DNA of 63,214 nucleotides, the filler included, from Reticulomyxa filosa (lineage: Eukaryota > Protista > Foraminifera): NCBI GenBank assembly GCA_000512085.1. It is 25 parts of 25 records of this genome, joined end to end, with 100 filler letters (N's around TTAATTAATTAA, not from the genome) between each part and the next. Parts side by side here need not be neighbours in the genome. Positions count along the whole stretch, not along the records: positions 28,460 to 29,486 come from ASPP01026470.1; positions 29,587 to 33,545 come from ASPP01017673.1; positions 33,646 to 34,838 come from ASPP01000457.1; positions 34,939 to 35,985 come from ASPP01013129.1; positions 36,086 to 38,209 come from ASPP01007061.1; positions 38,310 to 39,382 come from ASPP01028160.1; positions 39,483 to 41,040 come from ASPP01029337.1; 18 more parts are not named here. The stretch is one strand, 5' to 3'. The notes beneath the pieces are model-generated. The model was given only the letters and a program-made list of their open reading frames with translations, searched no databases and had not been told where the DNA came from. The translations under genes were made by a program, and so were the position numbers. Below are positions 28,633 through 41,140 of the stretch, in pieces. Every line of letters begins with the position of its first letter. Position 1 is the stretch's first letter.

Positions 28633-29486
28633 ATGGAACAGATAACTTTGGAAAAACTGGAATATGATGTAATAATTTTGGGCACAGTGCTAGTTGAATC
28701 AATAGTTTACAGGTTATTATTTCCCCTAAATTGTACATACTTTGTTTTTTGTCTTGAGCGACGAGACAAAAAAATTTGAAAGGAAGATACAAAACATTGA
28801 AAACTAAAGCGCATGTGCCCGTGCGGGTAAGAAGGCATTGCATATTGACAACAACACGTACTATGGATCGCACTTTGCCAATTTGCATCTGAAGCATTAT
28901 CAATTGTATATAGCATGTCGAAATGAAGAGCTGCCAGACTTTCATTGCTGCGGGAAGCGAAATCAGCGTAGTTGTGACAATGAGCAAGCAGACCGTATGG
29001 ACATGGAGCTGTCCATTCCACAAGTCCAAAGTTTAGTTGGTTAAATTGTTTGAAAATGTGTTTGGTATTTGTTGATATGACATGTAATAAATAAGTAAAT
29101 GAATAAGTGAATAAATAAATGCACAAATATACATATATGTATATAAGATTTGGTAGGGGATGATGAAGTATAATTTATTCCCATAAAATATTTGAGTGAC
29201 TCAAAATCGGAGCACAATTTGTATGGGAACTTTGAATTCGAAGATAGAGCTAGTGAGTTGATTCAATATTTGATTTGCAAGAGAGACAATACCTTGCAAG
29301 ACACTCTGTGTGAGATACCTGACCCTTTTCTCCAAAATAAGTATTGGGAAAAAAAAACATTGGAGCAACAACGGAGTCATTCATGTCTCCCATATGACCT
29401 CCAACTTTCAAAACCCTTTTTCCATCATATCATTCAATTGGATAACACTTCTTGTGTTGTACCTGATGGACTACGTTATTTTTTTT
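28633..29486 (+). CDS. Rab escort protein / Rab-GDI family, N-terminal part
   Basis: EYDVIILGTVLVESIV|...ACARAGKKALHIDNNTYYGSHFA is the GDI/REP N-terminal motif; the long insert after it favours REP. Confidence 0.8.
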
Positions 29487-29632
29487 NNNNNNNNNNNNNN
29501 NNNNNNNNNNNNNNNNNNNNNNNNNNNNNNTTAATTAATTAANNNNNNNNNNNNNNNNNNNNNNNNNNNNNNNNNNNNNNNNNNNNTTTTCAAGCAAAAA
29601 TCATAGCTATCTTTAGGTAAAGACTCTCAAAA

Positions 29633-31432
29633 TTATTTTATATTGTTATCTTTGCTATCCTTTGTTTCTTTTATTAATTCGTATAATTTATTTAGTGTCA
29701 AAATTTCTGGCAAGAGTATGCCATTAGGATAATTCTTACTAAAAATTATATTCACTGGTATGCCATGCCTATGATGCTTAACAATGAAGTTGGTAATTTC
29801 TGAAGATTTGTTTGTGTAATCAGCGCGTATCAATTTGATTTGATTGTCTTTTATATACTTTAAAAAGCTTTCATTTTCTAAAACCCAAAATTTGTTAACT
29901 TTACAAATTAGGCACCATTCTGCTGTGACATCCACTAATACGAGATCTCCATTGTTTACGTATTCGTTGATTTTATTCTCTGAAAATTTTTCCCAAATTA
30001 AATCATTTTGTTGTGTATGAAGTATGTCTTTGTTATTCATTTTCGAAGTTAAATAATAAGTAGCAATTATAGCAGTTAAGAAAAGCGATAGTTTGAAAAG
30101 ATTTAGATTGTGAAAATATTTGTGAGTTATAATGGCTTTCAAGATTATTATACATCCTAATAGAATAAAAATTGAAGATAGCGATATTTGGAAAGACAAA
30201 ATATATATAAACCAAAGCGCAGTTAAAATAAGTAGGATCGCAAAAAATTTCTTAAGGGTTATCATCCACTTACCAGGTTTAGGAAGTAGATAGATCCAAG
30301 CAGGGTTAATTGCTAGTATTATGAAAGGTAAGGACATACCTAAACCAATCGCTATATAAAGTATTAATAAGATAGAGAAATCCTGGCTCAATCCAAATGC
30401 TACCGCCACACTTAGAAATGGTGCTGTACAAGGTGTTGCTAATAAAGTAGCAAACGCGCCGGTAATAAAACTATTGAAATAATTAATGCTAAAATTTTTC
30501 TTAACTAAGGCATTTCTAAATGAATGAGGTAAATTGATTTCAAAATCTCCCCAAAGATTGCTAGCAAATAAAACTAATACTATTACTAGAAATATTATAA
30601 ATTTAGGCTCTTGAAATTGAAATCCCCAACCAATTTCATGACCAACACTTTTTAGAGATTGAGTCATTAAAGCAAGAACTATAAATGAGAAGATGAACCC
30701 AAGCGTAGTTGCGATTAAGTTAATTCTTATTTCAAAAGGCTTTAATTCACTAAATTTTAAAAATTTGAAAAGTTTTAAGGATATAACTGGAAGAACGCAT
30801 GGCATAAAATTCAATATAAAGCCGCCGATTATTGCAAATATTATTGCAGAAAATAAAGTTAAATTATCTGATGTATAATCAAAGAAAGAACTTTTATTAG
30901 TTTCGTTTATGGCATTATTAATACTGCTTTCAGCAGCAGCATCTTTAAAGTTATATTCTAAGCTAAAATCGATTTTACTAGACGATTTCAAGCAATAATC
31001 TTTACAGGCTCCATAATCAATTTTTAGATCTGATTTATTTGGTTACCGGTTACTTCGGGTATAATCTCAATTGGGATAATAAAATTTTTGCTATAAACAT
31101 TAGTAATAAAACCTTCTGATTTGTATTTTTGTGCTTTAGGCCATAAAATTTTATATGATTTTATATTTTTACTATTAGTAAAAGTAATGTTAAGAGGTAT
31201 TCCCATTTTTCCTGGATTATTTGCGTAAACTTTCCAACCATTATCGATTTGTACTTGTAAGCCAATTAAGCAACTTTGGTTATAGTGAGCATTAATTATC
31301 GAGAACTGAACGGGGTTAGGGTAATTCTGTGCATATGCGTTTAAAAAGCAAATAAATGCTAAAAAAAATGGCGGTTAATATAAAAAATGCACTATTTTTG
31401 CTAATAATCAAGAGGTTATGTTTTGCATACAA
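29633..31432 (-). CDS. dsbD: Bacterial DsbD/ScsB-family thiol:disulfide interchange protein (two apparent 1-nt frameshifts)
   Basis: Signal peptide; periplasmic domain GLQVQIDNGWKVYANNPGKMG...WP...YGACKDYC; TM domain LNFMPCVLPVISLK, GWGFQFQ, LATPCTAPFL, PKPGKWM; thioredoxin DVTAEWCLICKVN. Frameshifts in A/T runs near 31365 and 31035; no introns. Confidence 0.92.
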
Positions 31433-31482
31433 TGGCGTCATGTGTTATAATTTCACAATTATATATGTATAGATGATAATAT

Positions 31483-33323
31483 ATGAGAATAGGATTTTTG
31501 GGTACAGAAAAACAGAATTCGATATATTTTCCACTTCATGAACAATTCAAAGAAAATATTTTTAGTGCAAATAATTTAAAATTACTGAAATCTATTGGGA
31601 CAATTATAGGCTTGCCTACAAATATAGATTTAGAAAAAGTTCCTTATTATTTCTCTCTAGTTAATAATTCTTTAGGTGCCGTCCAGGGATTAAGATCAGT
31701 TTCTAATTTTCAAGAATCTATTTACAAATTATTTGCTATGAAAAGATGGGATAGATTTAATCTTAGAGATATATCAAATCTTATAGGAATTATTGCTTTT
31801 GCTAGACCATATTGCCAAGCATTTGCTTTTGCTCCTAGCGCGATTAACTATTGTTTTTCTTATTTAACCCAAAATCAAATATTAATAATTCCAAATCTTA
31901 GCATTGCATCTAATTATGCATTTTATTATGCAGCAAAAACTCTGGTTGTAGGTCATGGAATTAGAGAATATATAGGTAGCTTTTTGGGGATATCAGACTT
32001 TAATGAATCATTACGTAATGTTTGGTCAGCTCATTTCGGAATTCAAAGGGAACTTAATGTAGTTGAAAAGACTAAATTATATTGCGATTATTCAAGATTA
32101 CTTATCCTAAGCTATATATCATTATCTTCTGTAGTTTACCCTGCATTTAAGGGAATAGCTGAGAGTAGTAGTTTTAATTTAGTTCAATTAATTGCCTCAG
32201 TTACTACCAATATAGGTAAAGAATTTTCTAATGATATTTTAAAAACTGGTAATTTAAATGTTTGGTTTGCACTATATGCAATTATTAATCAAATAAAAAA
32301 TGGGGTTGATACTAATACTGTTTTAGGTAAGTATTTAGATGCCCATAGGAAATTATTTATTATTTCAGCTATTAATCCCATAAGGAAGGCTATAAATCCA
32401 GATAGATATGCTTCGATCTTTAAGAAGGTTGATTTAAGAGATATTTATACTTCAGATCTGTTAAGCTGGTCTTTAACTTCTGGATTAGCTGTTACCACTT
32501 TTGCTGGTTTTGGATTTTGGTGGAAAGCGGCAGCTTATCTTGATCAATATAGCCTTTTAATTAATGCTGGAACGATTGGGTTAGATTTATTCACTAATCT
32601 GATAACCATAAATCAAGAAGATAAGGATGTAATTAAAGGTAGCGCATTGATAGCTGTTGTTGTAGGTGGAATTGCTGCTTGGGCAATCCCTTTTCCACCA
32701 TTAAGATTAGCTGCTGGACTAGGTGCATCTGCAGTAGCTTTGTATGCGACTGGTAATTTTAGTTCTTTAAAAGCAGTAGTTAAGTATAGTTTGAAATATG
32801 CTTCAATCATCGGTGTATCTTACTTAGGTTTTGAAATATATAAGCAAGTATTGCTGATGGGATCAGATTTTTGTAGCAATTATCTTAATACAAACTACTT
32901 GATGACTTTTACAGTAGGTTTCGGTTTGATATATGGATTTGATAGGATATACAATTTACCTTTTAATATAAATAATGGCTTGAATAAAGTTTAACTGCTT
33001 ATGGAGTCAATGATCCTAATGGGATCTTTCATGCATCAATTAGTAGTGGAATTAGTAATTGTTTAACTGGTAACACTTCTTCTAGAAGCATGCTGCATAC
33101 AGTTGCTGGTACTGCTGGAACACTAACTGGAGGGTTACTTGCTGCTGGAAGTGTTGCTGAATTTTTGTATTCAAATTCATATTTAATTCAAGGAAACTTA
33201 ATACCATCAATTGGGTATGGTATTTCTTCATGTATAACTTTTGCTTTGGGAACAAAATTAGTTTTCAGCTCTTTATGTTTTTCATATAGAACTAAAATAT
33301 CCCTCCACACTGAAAAGGCTTGA
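31483..33323 (+). CDS. Orphan multi-pass membrane protein (~610 aa if a 1-nt frameshift at ~32988 is corrected), bacterial contig
   Basis: Intronless 503-aa ORF; the adjacent frame is open from 32988 to 33323; many Gly/Ala-rich hydrophobic helices; divergent from dsbD. Confidence 0.65.
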
Positions 33324-33647
33324 GATGTTATAGATGAAAGCGGATATGTTTTTAAGGAAATAAGTAATCTTAGAAATATATTCACTGAACCACATATTTT
33401 ACAAAGCATTACTAACCAGGGTGATCGGATGAAATAAATACAAAATAGTTGAGAAAAAGAGAGGAAAGTAGAAGCATAGAGGTATAAACCAAAAGAGAGG
33501 TTATATGCCATCAAGCAATAAGAGTTTTATAAACTATTTTAATGANNNNNNNNNNNNNNNNNNNNNNNNNNNNNNNNNNNNNNNNNNNNTTAATTAATTA
33601 ANNNNNNNNNNNNNNNNNNNNNNNNNNNNNNNNNNNNNNNNNNNNTG

Positions 33648-34118
33648 ATGAGTGCATTGAATATTCAAGAGCCATTCCTCAAGACAGAGCGATTCGCATG
33701 TGACTATGCCAGTGAAGAGCCGGAGGCATATACGAATATGGAACAGGACAATGCCTCAAACATGAGGAGGATCGACGAGCATGAACAAGAAGATGAATAT
33801 GCTCAAGATGACCGAAGTCAGCATCTGACTGGAGGAAATATCAAAGGACAGCAATTTGTCAACGAATCGTATCAAATAGACGATTCCGCGTTTGATGACC
33901 CCAATCTACCCGTTAAGTGCTTTACACAACATTACTACTATGCAAAAACTATGCAAAACTATGTGAAACAAACAATACAAACATATTTGATGGCCTTACA
34001 GCTGGAAAAAAAATTTGAAACCTTTCGCAAATTGCTTGAGCAGTTTATGGAGGATTGCGACGGCATGTATAATCAATTATTGCAAGAATGTGATAACCAA
34101 ATGCAACAAAATTACTGA
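33648..34118 (+). CDS. Hypothetical protein, C-terminal exon (acidic loop then helices)
   Basis: 156-codon open frame with coding-like composition; family not recognised (weak resemblance to importin-7/8 tails). Confidence 0.45.
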   Translation: MSALNIQEPFLKTERFACDYASEEPEAYTNMEQDNASNMRRIDEHEQEDEYAQDDRSQHLTGGNIKGQQFVNESYQIDDSAFDDPNLPVKCFTQHYYYAKTMQNYVKQTIQTYLMALQLEKKFETFRKLLEQFMEDCDGMYNQLLQECDNQMQQNY

Positions 34119-34938
34119 ATTGATTGAACTCAGACAACAAATACAATCGTGCCATATTCCAACAAAAATTAAAATCGTTTTTTGTAATTGTTTTGTCATT
34201 TTTCCACTTTTTTCTCTTCCACTCTTTTTTTTTTTCCGTTGGGGCTGTGATACTCTCAATTTGAATGTGTTTTGGAAATGAAAATGCATGAAACTTTACT
34301 TCTCTGTTTGTGCTTGTTGCAAAGTTTATTAATCTTTTTTGGTTTGTTTCGCACTGAAGATTTTATTGTTTTCGAAAACAATGATCAGTCACTGCTTTGT
34401 ACTAATTTGGTATGTATATTCTATTAAGAAGTCCAAAAAATAACCCAACTAATAAAACAAAAATAATTTATCTAGCGGATAATTGTGCTTATTAGCTGTT
34501 AACTGATGATCTAAAGAAAAAGAAAAATGTAACAATTTCACAGTTTAAATAAATTTATAAATATTGTTGCTTTTAAAATGCTTGTTTCTATTGGAAAAAA
34601 AAGATAAATAAGCTATGCACAAGTTTAGTAAAATTAAAGTTAAAACACGTGTTGCTATTCACTCGGATGGAAATCTAACAAGCGTCTTAATAATGTTGAC
34701 AGATAAATTGTAAACTGTAATGTGACTTGATCAGCTAAAGCACTGTACACAAAACTGGCTGTTTTTAGTTGCCTTTAGTGTGCTGTTGCTATTTTTGATG
34801 AACTAGTGTTATTTCTTCAATTGTGTGTTTTCTTTCGGNNNNNNNNNNNNNNNNNNNNNNNNNNNNNNNNNNNNNNNNNNNNTTAATTAATTAANNNNNN
34901 NNNNNNNNNNNNNNNNNNNNNNNNNNNNNNNNNNNNNN

Positions 34939-35880
34939 ATTATAATGCGAAACACTGGCATTTCGAGAAGGGCAAACAAACAATCGATCTGTGAATACGA
35001 ATGATATCATTCGTGTCAAGTATTACAACCAAGATTTGATCCACCTGCTCACGGGACAATTCATTTGGATAGGTCATCCAAACAAACTTGACACCTTCAT
35101 CTGCCACTGTGTCAATTCGTAAATGGAACATCTAAATAATTGCGTTCTTGGAATGATCATAACGACTTCACATTCAAAATTCAAATCACATATATACAAA
35201 AAAATTTTCAAATAAATTTCTTATGATCCAATGAAAATATGTATCTGAACAGTGTCCGCCGTCGGGGACCAAGGCATAAAAATAAGTCCAAAAAAAAATG
35301 ATCCGCTTTCGTCAGCAACATCGTTTTGTGACGTAATGATCTCCCCAATTGTTTTGAGGTCATAAGGGCATCCAATAAAATTATAAAATATCTCTGGCAA
35401 TATCCCTACAAAAATTATTTTCTATTATATATTATCTACATAAACATCAACATGCAGTTTCGCGAATAGGCCAGTCCGTGAATAATTGGCTCACTTTGAA
35501 TTTGGGGTCAAATGCATAGCGATGCTGACAACTCTAGCCGATTGTCCAAAGATAGTAATGTGATTGACATCTCCTCTGAAAAACTTAATGTTGTCCCTTA
35601 CAAACTGCAAGGCGAGTTATTTGATCTTCAAGACCATAGTTACCTTTTGATCCAACGGTCGACCATAGAAATCCCAATTCTCCCAAGCAATAGCTCATCG
35701 TCACCGAAATCGAATTTGTGTAGTTTACAAAATCGGTGCCATTGTACAACAAACTCTTGCTTAAAGTTGCCGCCGTGGATAAACACCAACACTGGGCATG
35801 GAGTGAAAATATTCAAGTACAAACAGTCTTCATCCAATGTCGTCCGACATGTCAATGAGGACAAGTTGCAAGCCTATTGC
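34939..35880 (-). pseudogene. Type-B carboxylesterase pseudogene
   Basis: EDCLYLNIFTP, PVLVFIHGG, GNYGLEDQ, ITIFGQSAR (degraded GxSAG); frameshifts, stops and deletions. Confidence 0.85.
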
Positions 35881-36158
35881 AAATGCCGTTAACATATACA
35901 TATGGGTATACTATATGTGGTACATCCATCCTCCTCCACTATTCATACAGTAGATTGCAAAAAAAACCGCCATACCTAAATGGCANNNNNNNNNNNNNNN
36001 NNNNNNNNNNNNNNNNNNNNNNNNNNNNNTTAATTAATTAANNNNNNNNNNNNNNNNNNNNNNNNNNNNNNNNNNNNNNNNNNNNATAATAATAATAATA
36101 ATAATAATATGTATACATAAATATGTTTCTTTTATTACTTTTTTTGCTTTTTGTGATT

Positions 36159-37289
36159 CTATTTCTCTTTCATCTGCTGTATCAATGTATTCCATTGTCC
36201 TTGCTTGTGCATTTCCATTGTTCCATTTCCCGTGGCAGCTTCCCACGTCTCCATTCTAGTCCTTATATGTGTCATCATCACATTAAATTCGGCATCTTCT
36301 CCCCCCAAAATGTGAATATATGTGTCATCTTCGTTGATGATCCCAGCGCAATCATTTAATGCAATTGGCAAAGTGTGTTCAAATTTCGTCCATTTGTTAT
36401 CGCAGATTGCGTACTTGTAGACGGCCTTTGACACAACCTTGTTGAAGCCAATGCAGTCATTCCATCCACCAAAGAACAAGATAATGGCATTGCTGTGCAG
36501 ACAGACATATCGATAAAGTGGTGCAATATCATCACAAACAGATAACACATAAAATGCAAATTTGTTTGAATAGTCTCATATTCAATGACCAATCCCGTCA
36601 TTTTACAAAATAACACCATTCCATTCTTCGTCTTAGAGACAAAACAGTGATACCATATGTAATCATCAGTTGGTATGACACTGTGATTAACATAGTGAAA
36701 TGTATTCAAATCAAACACATCAATATTCTTTGGAGGATAAGATATGAACAACAAAGAGTTGTTGCTTCCACCAATCACTGCACGCATTCCTTGATAATTA
36801 TCTTCATCTCTGCCAATTGTAACTGGATTGTTGTCATTATCAGTAAATGGCATCCATTTGTTAATATCACTTGTTTTGGTTATTCCAATTCCCTTTTCGC
36901 TTTTCAACTCATCCCAAACACTCACATATCGCATCACAAATGCCTGCTTTTTTTCATGGTCACTTTGTCCACCAAAAGACAATAACGTAATTGCATCGGG
37001 ATCACTGGTAGTCGAAAGCTTTACCACATTGTGTCCAATCAGTGCGACATCATTTGGATAAGAACAAATGAACTTGTACTGGTCTTGAGTGATGTGGTAC
37101 GAGTAACATCCCCTCTGTGACAAACCTCCCACAAATAAGGATCTCCTGTTTGTAGAACACGCATTGACAACAGGTAAGTGGAACAGGCAAAGAGGCCAAG
37201 GTCTCAAACGGAGTTGTCGGCTTCATATCATCGTCATTTTGTTTTAGATTGCTAGCACATAACCCTTTTGTTATTGTTTGATTTCCCAT
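36159..37289 (-). pseudogene. Kelch-type beta-propeller gene with two frameshifts
   Basis: QCVFYKQEILICG(G)...CYSYH...YKFICSYP, TLLSFGG, RAVIGGSNN, ILFFGGWN, YIHILGG spread over three frames. Confidence 0.75.
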
Positions 37290-37943
37290 GTGGATATAGA
37301 TATTTATTTATGAAATTATAAAAAAAAAAGGAAACTAATTTTTTTTCTTTGGTTTGTGTTTAACTACTTGGAAATCAAAAAGGACGACAAACTGGTAGCT
37401 GTGTTTGCTAAAGAGCTTGTTGCAAATTAAAAAAGCAAGTACAAGTTAATAAAAAGCTTTCTTCAACAATGATCTTCCTGACAAACAATAAGACTTATTA
37501 TAATGCTCAGGTAAAAAAAAAAAAAAGAAGTTCAAAATAAAGAATTATTTTAGTTGTTTCAGTAAGCTCCAAAACTTGGTTTGTTCTCCCATCCTTTGAT
37601 CATAGAAGACACCAAAGAGGAAAAACAATGCATTTCTTCACACTCAACCTTTTCGAGGTAAGGAAAGGGAGGAATGAAAAAAGGAGGATCAAATTTCAAA
37701 CAGAATTTTTGGAACGACAAAAAAAAAAGCCAAAAAAAAAAAAAAAGGTGATGAGAAAAACAAAGATTCAAGACAAGCAAGCATAACAAACAAAAAAGCC
37801 TTACATAAGACCAAGTTTGTATTTTACACGAGAAAGAAACGTTTTGTTCTTTTTAAAAAAAAAAAAATAAAACAAAAGATCAATTAGATGAAAAAAAGCC
37901 AAGGCAATAAAAAAAGTTCACATTGAGATGTCTGTTTGCCGGA

Positions 37944-38160
37944 TTAAGCAACTTTGGTCACAGTGAGTGATACAGGCGTGGAATCAGTGACATCGTCGGC
38001 ACTCAAAACGAACAAACAGTTTCGATCAACGTTTAACACGAGGAGTATTCGTGACGCTCCTGCTTTGCGCGGAGCTATGCCACGAACATTGTATTCGCCA
38101 ATGCAATTGCATTGTTGTGCTTTCAAGCCCTCTCCTTCATAAAATTTCAATCGGAACTCT
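37944..38160 (-). CDS. Last exon of an Hsp70-like protein (substrate-binding beta domain, no lid)
   Basis: FYEGEGLKAQQCNCIGEYNVRGIAPRKAGASRILLVLNVDRNCLFVLSADD matches Hsp70 VYEGER...N..LG.F.L.GIPPAPRG...I.V.F.ID.NGIL.VSA. Confidence 0.7.
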
Positions 38161-38171
38161 TTTTGTTATTT

Positions 38172-38209
<38 letters not shown>

Positions 38210-39545
38210 NNNNNNNNNNNNNNNNNNNNNNNNNNNNNNNNNNNNNNNNNNNNTTAATTAATTAANNNNNNNNNNNNNNNNNNNNNNNNNNNNNNNNNNN
38301 NNNNNNNNNTTGTGCAATTGGATGAAGACAATGCCTTTTGATGAAAGAGATTATAGCTTGTTTAATGAAAAGAGCGGAGTTAAATTGCTAGTGAAACATG
38401 TAGGTGAATTATGGCACGCATTAAAATACAAAAAAACGGAAAATTTTTACCATGAACATTTCTTTTTTAAATTTTGCAGGCCAAGGGTTGAGATGTTAAT
38501 TACCACTATAAATTTTGGAATTTAATGTTTACTTTGTTGTGACCTCTAAGCAAGAAATATTTATCTTGCAAAGAGATGGCAAACCTACAGTTGTTGAAAA
38601 AAAAACTGGAGCCTCTATGAAGAAAATCGATTTTCTTCATGAAAGATAAAAAACATTTATAAATTTTGTTATTTTAAAATATAAAATTTTTTTTTATTTG
38701 ATTTGTGTTTTATATTGTTTTTTATTTTGGTTGTCATTTTAAAGTTTAACTCTTCGAAATTGTTTCATTAATAGCTTTGAATTCATAAGTAAATGGTGTC
38801 TTATTGTTTAGATTATAAAAATGCTATAATATTACCTTTACGAAACTTTAATTGATTATTTGTTCCGATCACCACCACAAATTTATCTTTGTTCCACTTA
38901 AAAGACATCATTTTCCACATAACTAATATTGCCATCTTTTAATATTTAAACGATAGTTGATTTCACATATCAATTCGGTCACAAAACTCAACCAAAAATA
39001 ATAAATTAGTTAAGAAATTTTATTTGACGAAAAGTTTTTTCAAATTTGCTTTCACAAAAAATTCAATAAGTTAAAAAAAAATTAAATTTAAAAATAATGC
39101 AACAAAACCAAAAATCGATAAGCAAAATACTAACACTACAAAAAATGATACAACAAAATTTACTACAGAAAAAATATTTGTCAGTTTTATGTCAAACGGT
39201 GAATTTTCAAATTTAAATTTCTGTGCATACAAACATCATTCTACTATAAAACATATTCTAAAAAAGCAATGTCAAATTTTTTTGTATGAAATCAAACGAG
39301 AATGCGAACGGTTTTTTTAAATTTCCTATGGATTTTTCTGCAGAAAAAAATTTGTCGATGTTTTGTGAAAAGTTGGATTTTTNNNNNNNNNNNNNNNNNN
39401 NNNNNNNNNNNNNNNNNNNNNNNNNNTTAATTAATTAANNNNNNNNNNNNNNNNNNNNNNNNNNNNNNNNNNNNNNNNNNNNTTTCAGCCAGTGGACGTA
39501 TTTGACCTTTGGCACACAGATCTTTTTTTGAGAAGAAAAAAAGAT

Positions 39546-40426
39546 TTAATTTTTGGAAGGGGTTTTGGAAGGAGTAGTAGACGTTGGTTCTTTTTCATCA
39601 GCTTCGACATCCTCTCCAGATTTGCCAGCAAAGACTTTGGGTTCATTTGCGATTTGTTGCAAGAAGGCCATCTGTTCGTAGTTTCTTCTGCGTTCGTATT
39701 GTGCTTTTTCGATAGGATGTTGTAAGTCTTCGCCCAGGAGCGGTTTCTGTTTCAAGATCTTTTCCTCCTCCTCGCTTTTGTCCTTCGTATTGTTCATGTC
39801 TGTAGCTGCGTCATTCGAAACTGCAGATCGAACGTCTATATACGTTACAATTCAATTGGAAACGAATATTCAAAAATAAAATAAAAACAAGTATACGTAA
39901 AAAAAAAATAATAATAATAATAAAAAAATAACGTGCCTGTAGGATATGCGATACTATAATAATTCGATTCCCATCCATCCATGCGTCGTCCTCGTCAAAT
40001 GCGTCTGCCAAAAATTTCATGTCTGTCACTTTTTTTGTCGACGCTTCGTACTTTTCCTTTCTTTCTTTGTCCGCCTCCTTCAAACTCGCCTTTTCGTGCC
40101 GGAAGCGCTCGCATCTAATCTCGGTATTCGCAAATCAGGTCGGGCATTGCCGCCATTGCGCGAGCTATCTTCAATGCCTTGCGCTTTGGCTTTTGCTCCA
40201 AATTGTGTCCTGGGAACGGCAGAAAATATGTCCACGATGGCATTGCTGGCTTCGCCGGGTAAGGCACGCCACTTCGCAAAAACTGCTTTCTTACTTTTTT
40301 TTGGATTATGGTGTCATTCGCATACTGCTTCAAGCCAGGCGGCAACGATTGAAGCCAATCTTTCTTTTTTTGTTCCACAAATTGGAGTGCCGCCTTTGGA
40401 ACTCTTGGAAGATCTCTGCTTTTCAT
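39546..40426 (-). CDS. Mitochondrial ribosomal protein mL59-like with C-terminal extension (one frameshift near 40118)
   Basis: VRKQFLRSGVPYP...PFPGHNLEQKPKRKALKIARAMAAMPDLICEYR resembles the mL59 KGHK.ER...R..KI..AM..MP..I.E[WY] motif; the reading continues in a shifted frame as IRCERFRHEK. Confidence 0.5.
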
Positions 40427-41140
40427 CTTACCTTTCAAAATTTTTTTTTTGGAACTGGTAACACCCCTGCCAACCACGTCTGAGATTGTTTTTTTCTAAA
40501 ACATTGTGGCTTTTTTTTTTAATTTTATCATCATGATCCACTTTTTTGTTTTAAAAAAATTTTTGGACCAATTGTGGCCATTCGCTTTGGTCAAACTTTT
40601 ATGGGAAAAAGCTAAAGATGTTCGGCAAAATGATTCGATGATAAGGAAGAGATTACAACTAAAAATCCAAACAAAAAAACAATGAAATTAGGACGGCCGT
40701 GAAAATAGCGTTTTATCAAAATACAAATATTTAATAAAAAAAAAAATTTAAAACAAAAAAAAGAGGCCAGATCGGGCACCACATTTTATTTGTAAAAAAA
40801 CAAAATGTCAAAAAAAAACAAAACATTTTACTTTTCAGTAGCTAAACGAGTACAAAATTGATGCAGTTGATAATTGGTAATTTTGAAGGACATTGCACGT
40901 TGAATGAAAGTGTCGCCATCTTCTTCATCCATTGAATTTAAAAACATGCCGCTGTCAGGGAACTGCTTCAAGTACATCAATATGTCATCAGATTCCAACA
41001 TCAGCAAATGATCTTGTATTCGTCATGTGCAACCCATTTTNNNNNNNNNNNNNNNNNNNNNNNNNNNNNNNNNNNNNNNNNNNNTTAATTAATTAANNNN
41101 NNNNNNNNNNNNNNNNNNNNNNNNNNNNNNNNNNNNNNNN

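Noticed and set aside
33321-33323. TGA = Trp (code 4) in the bacterial contig
   Set aside because: The long ORFs of this contig read through in the standard code with Trp as TGG; a single in-frame TGA is not enough.
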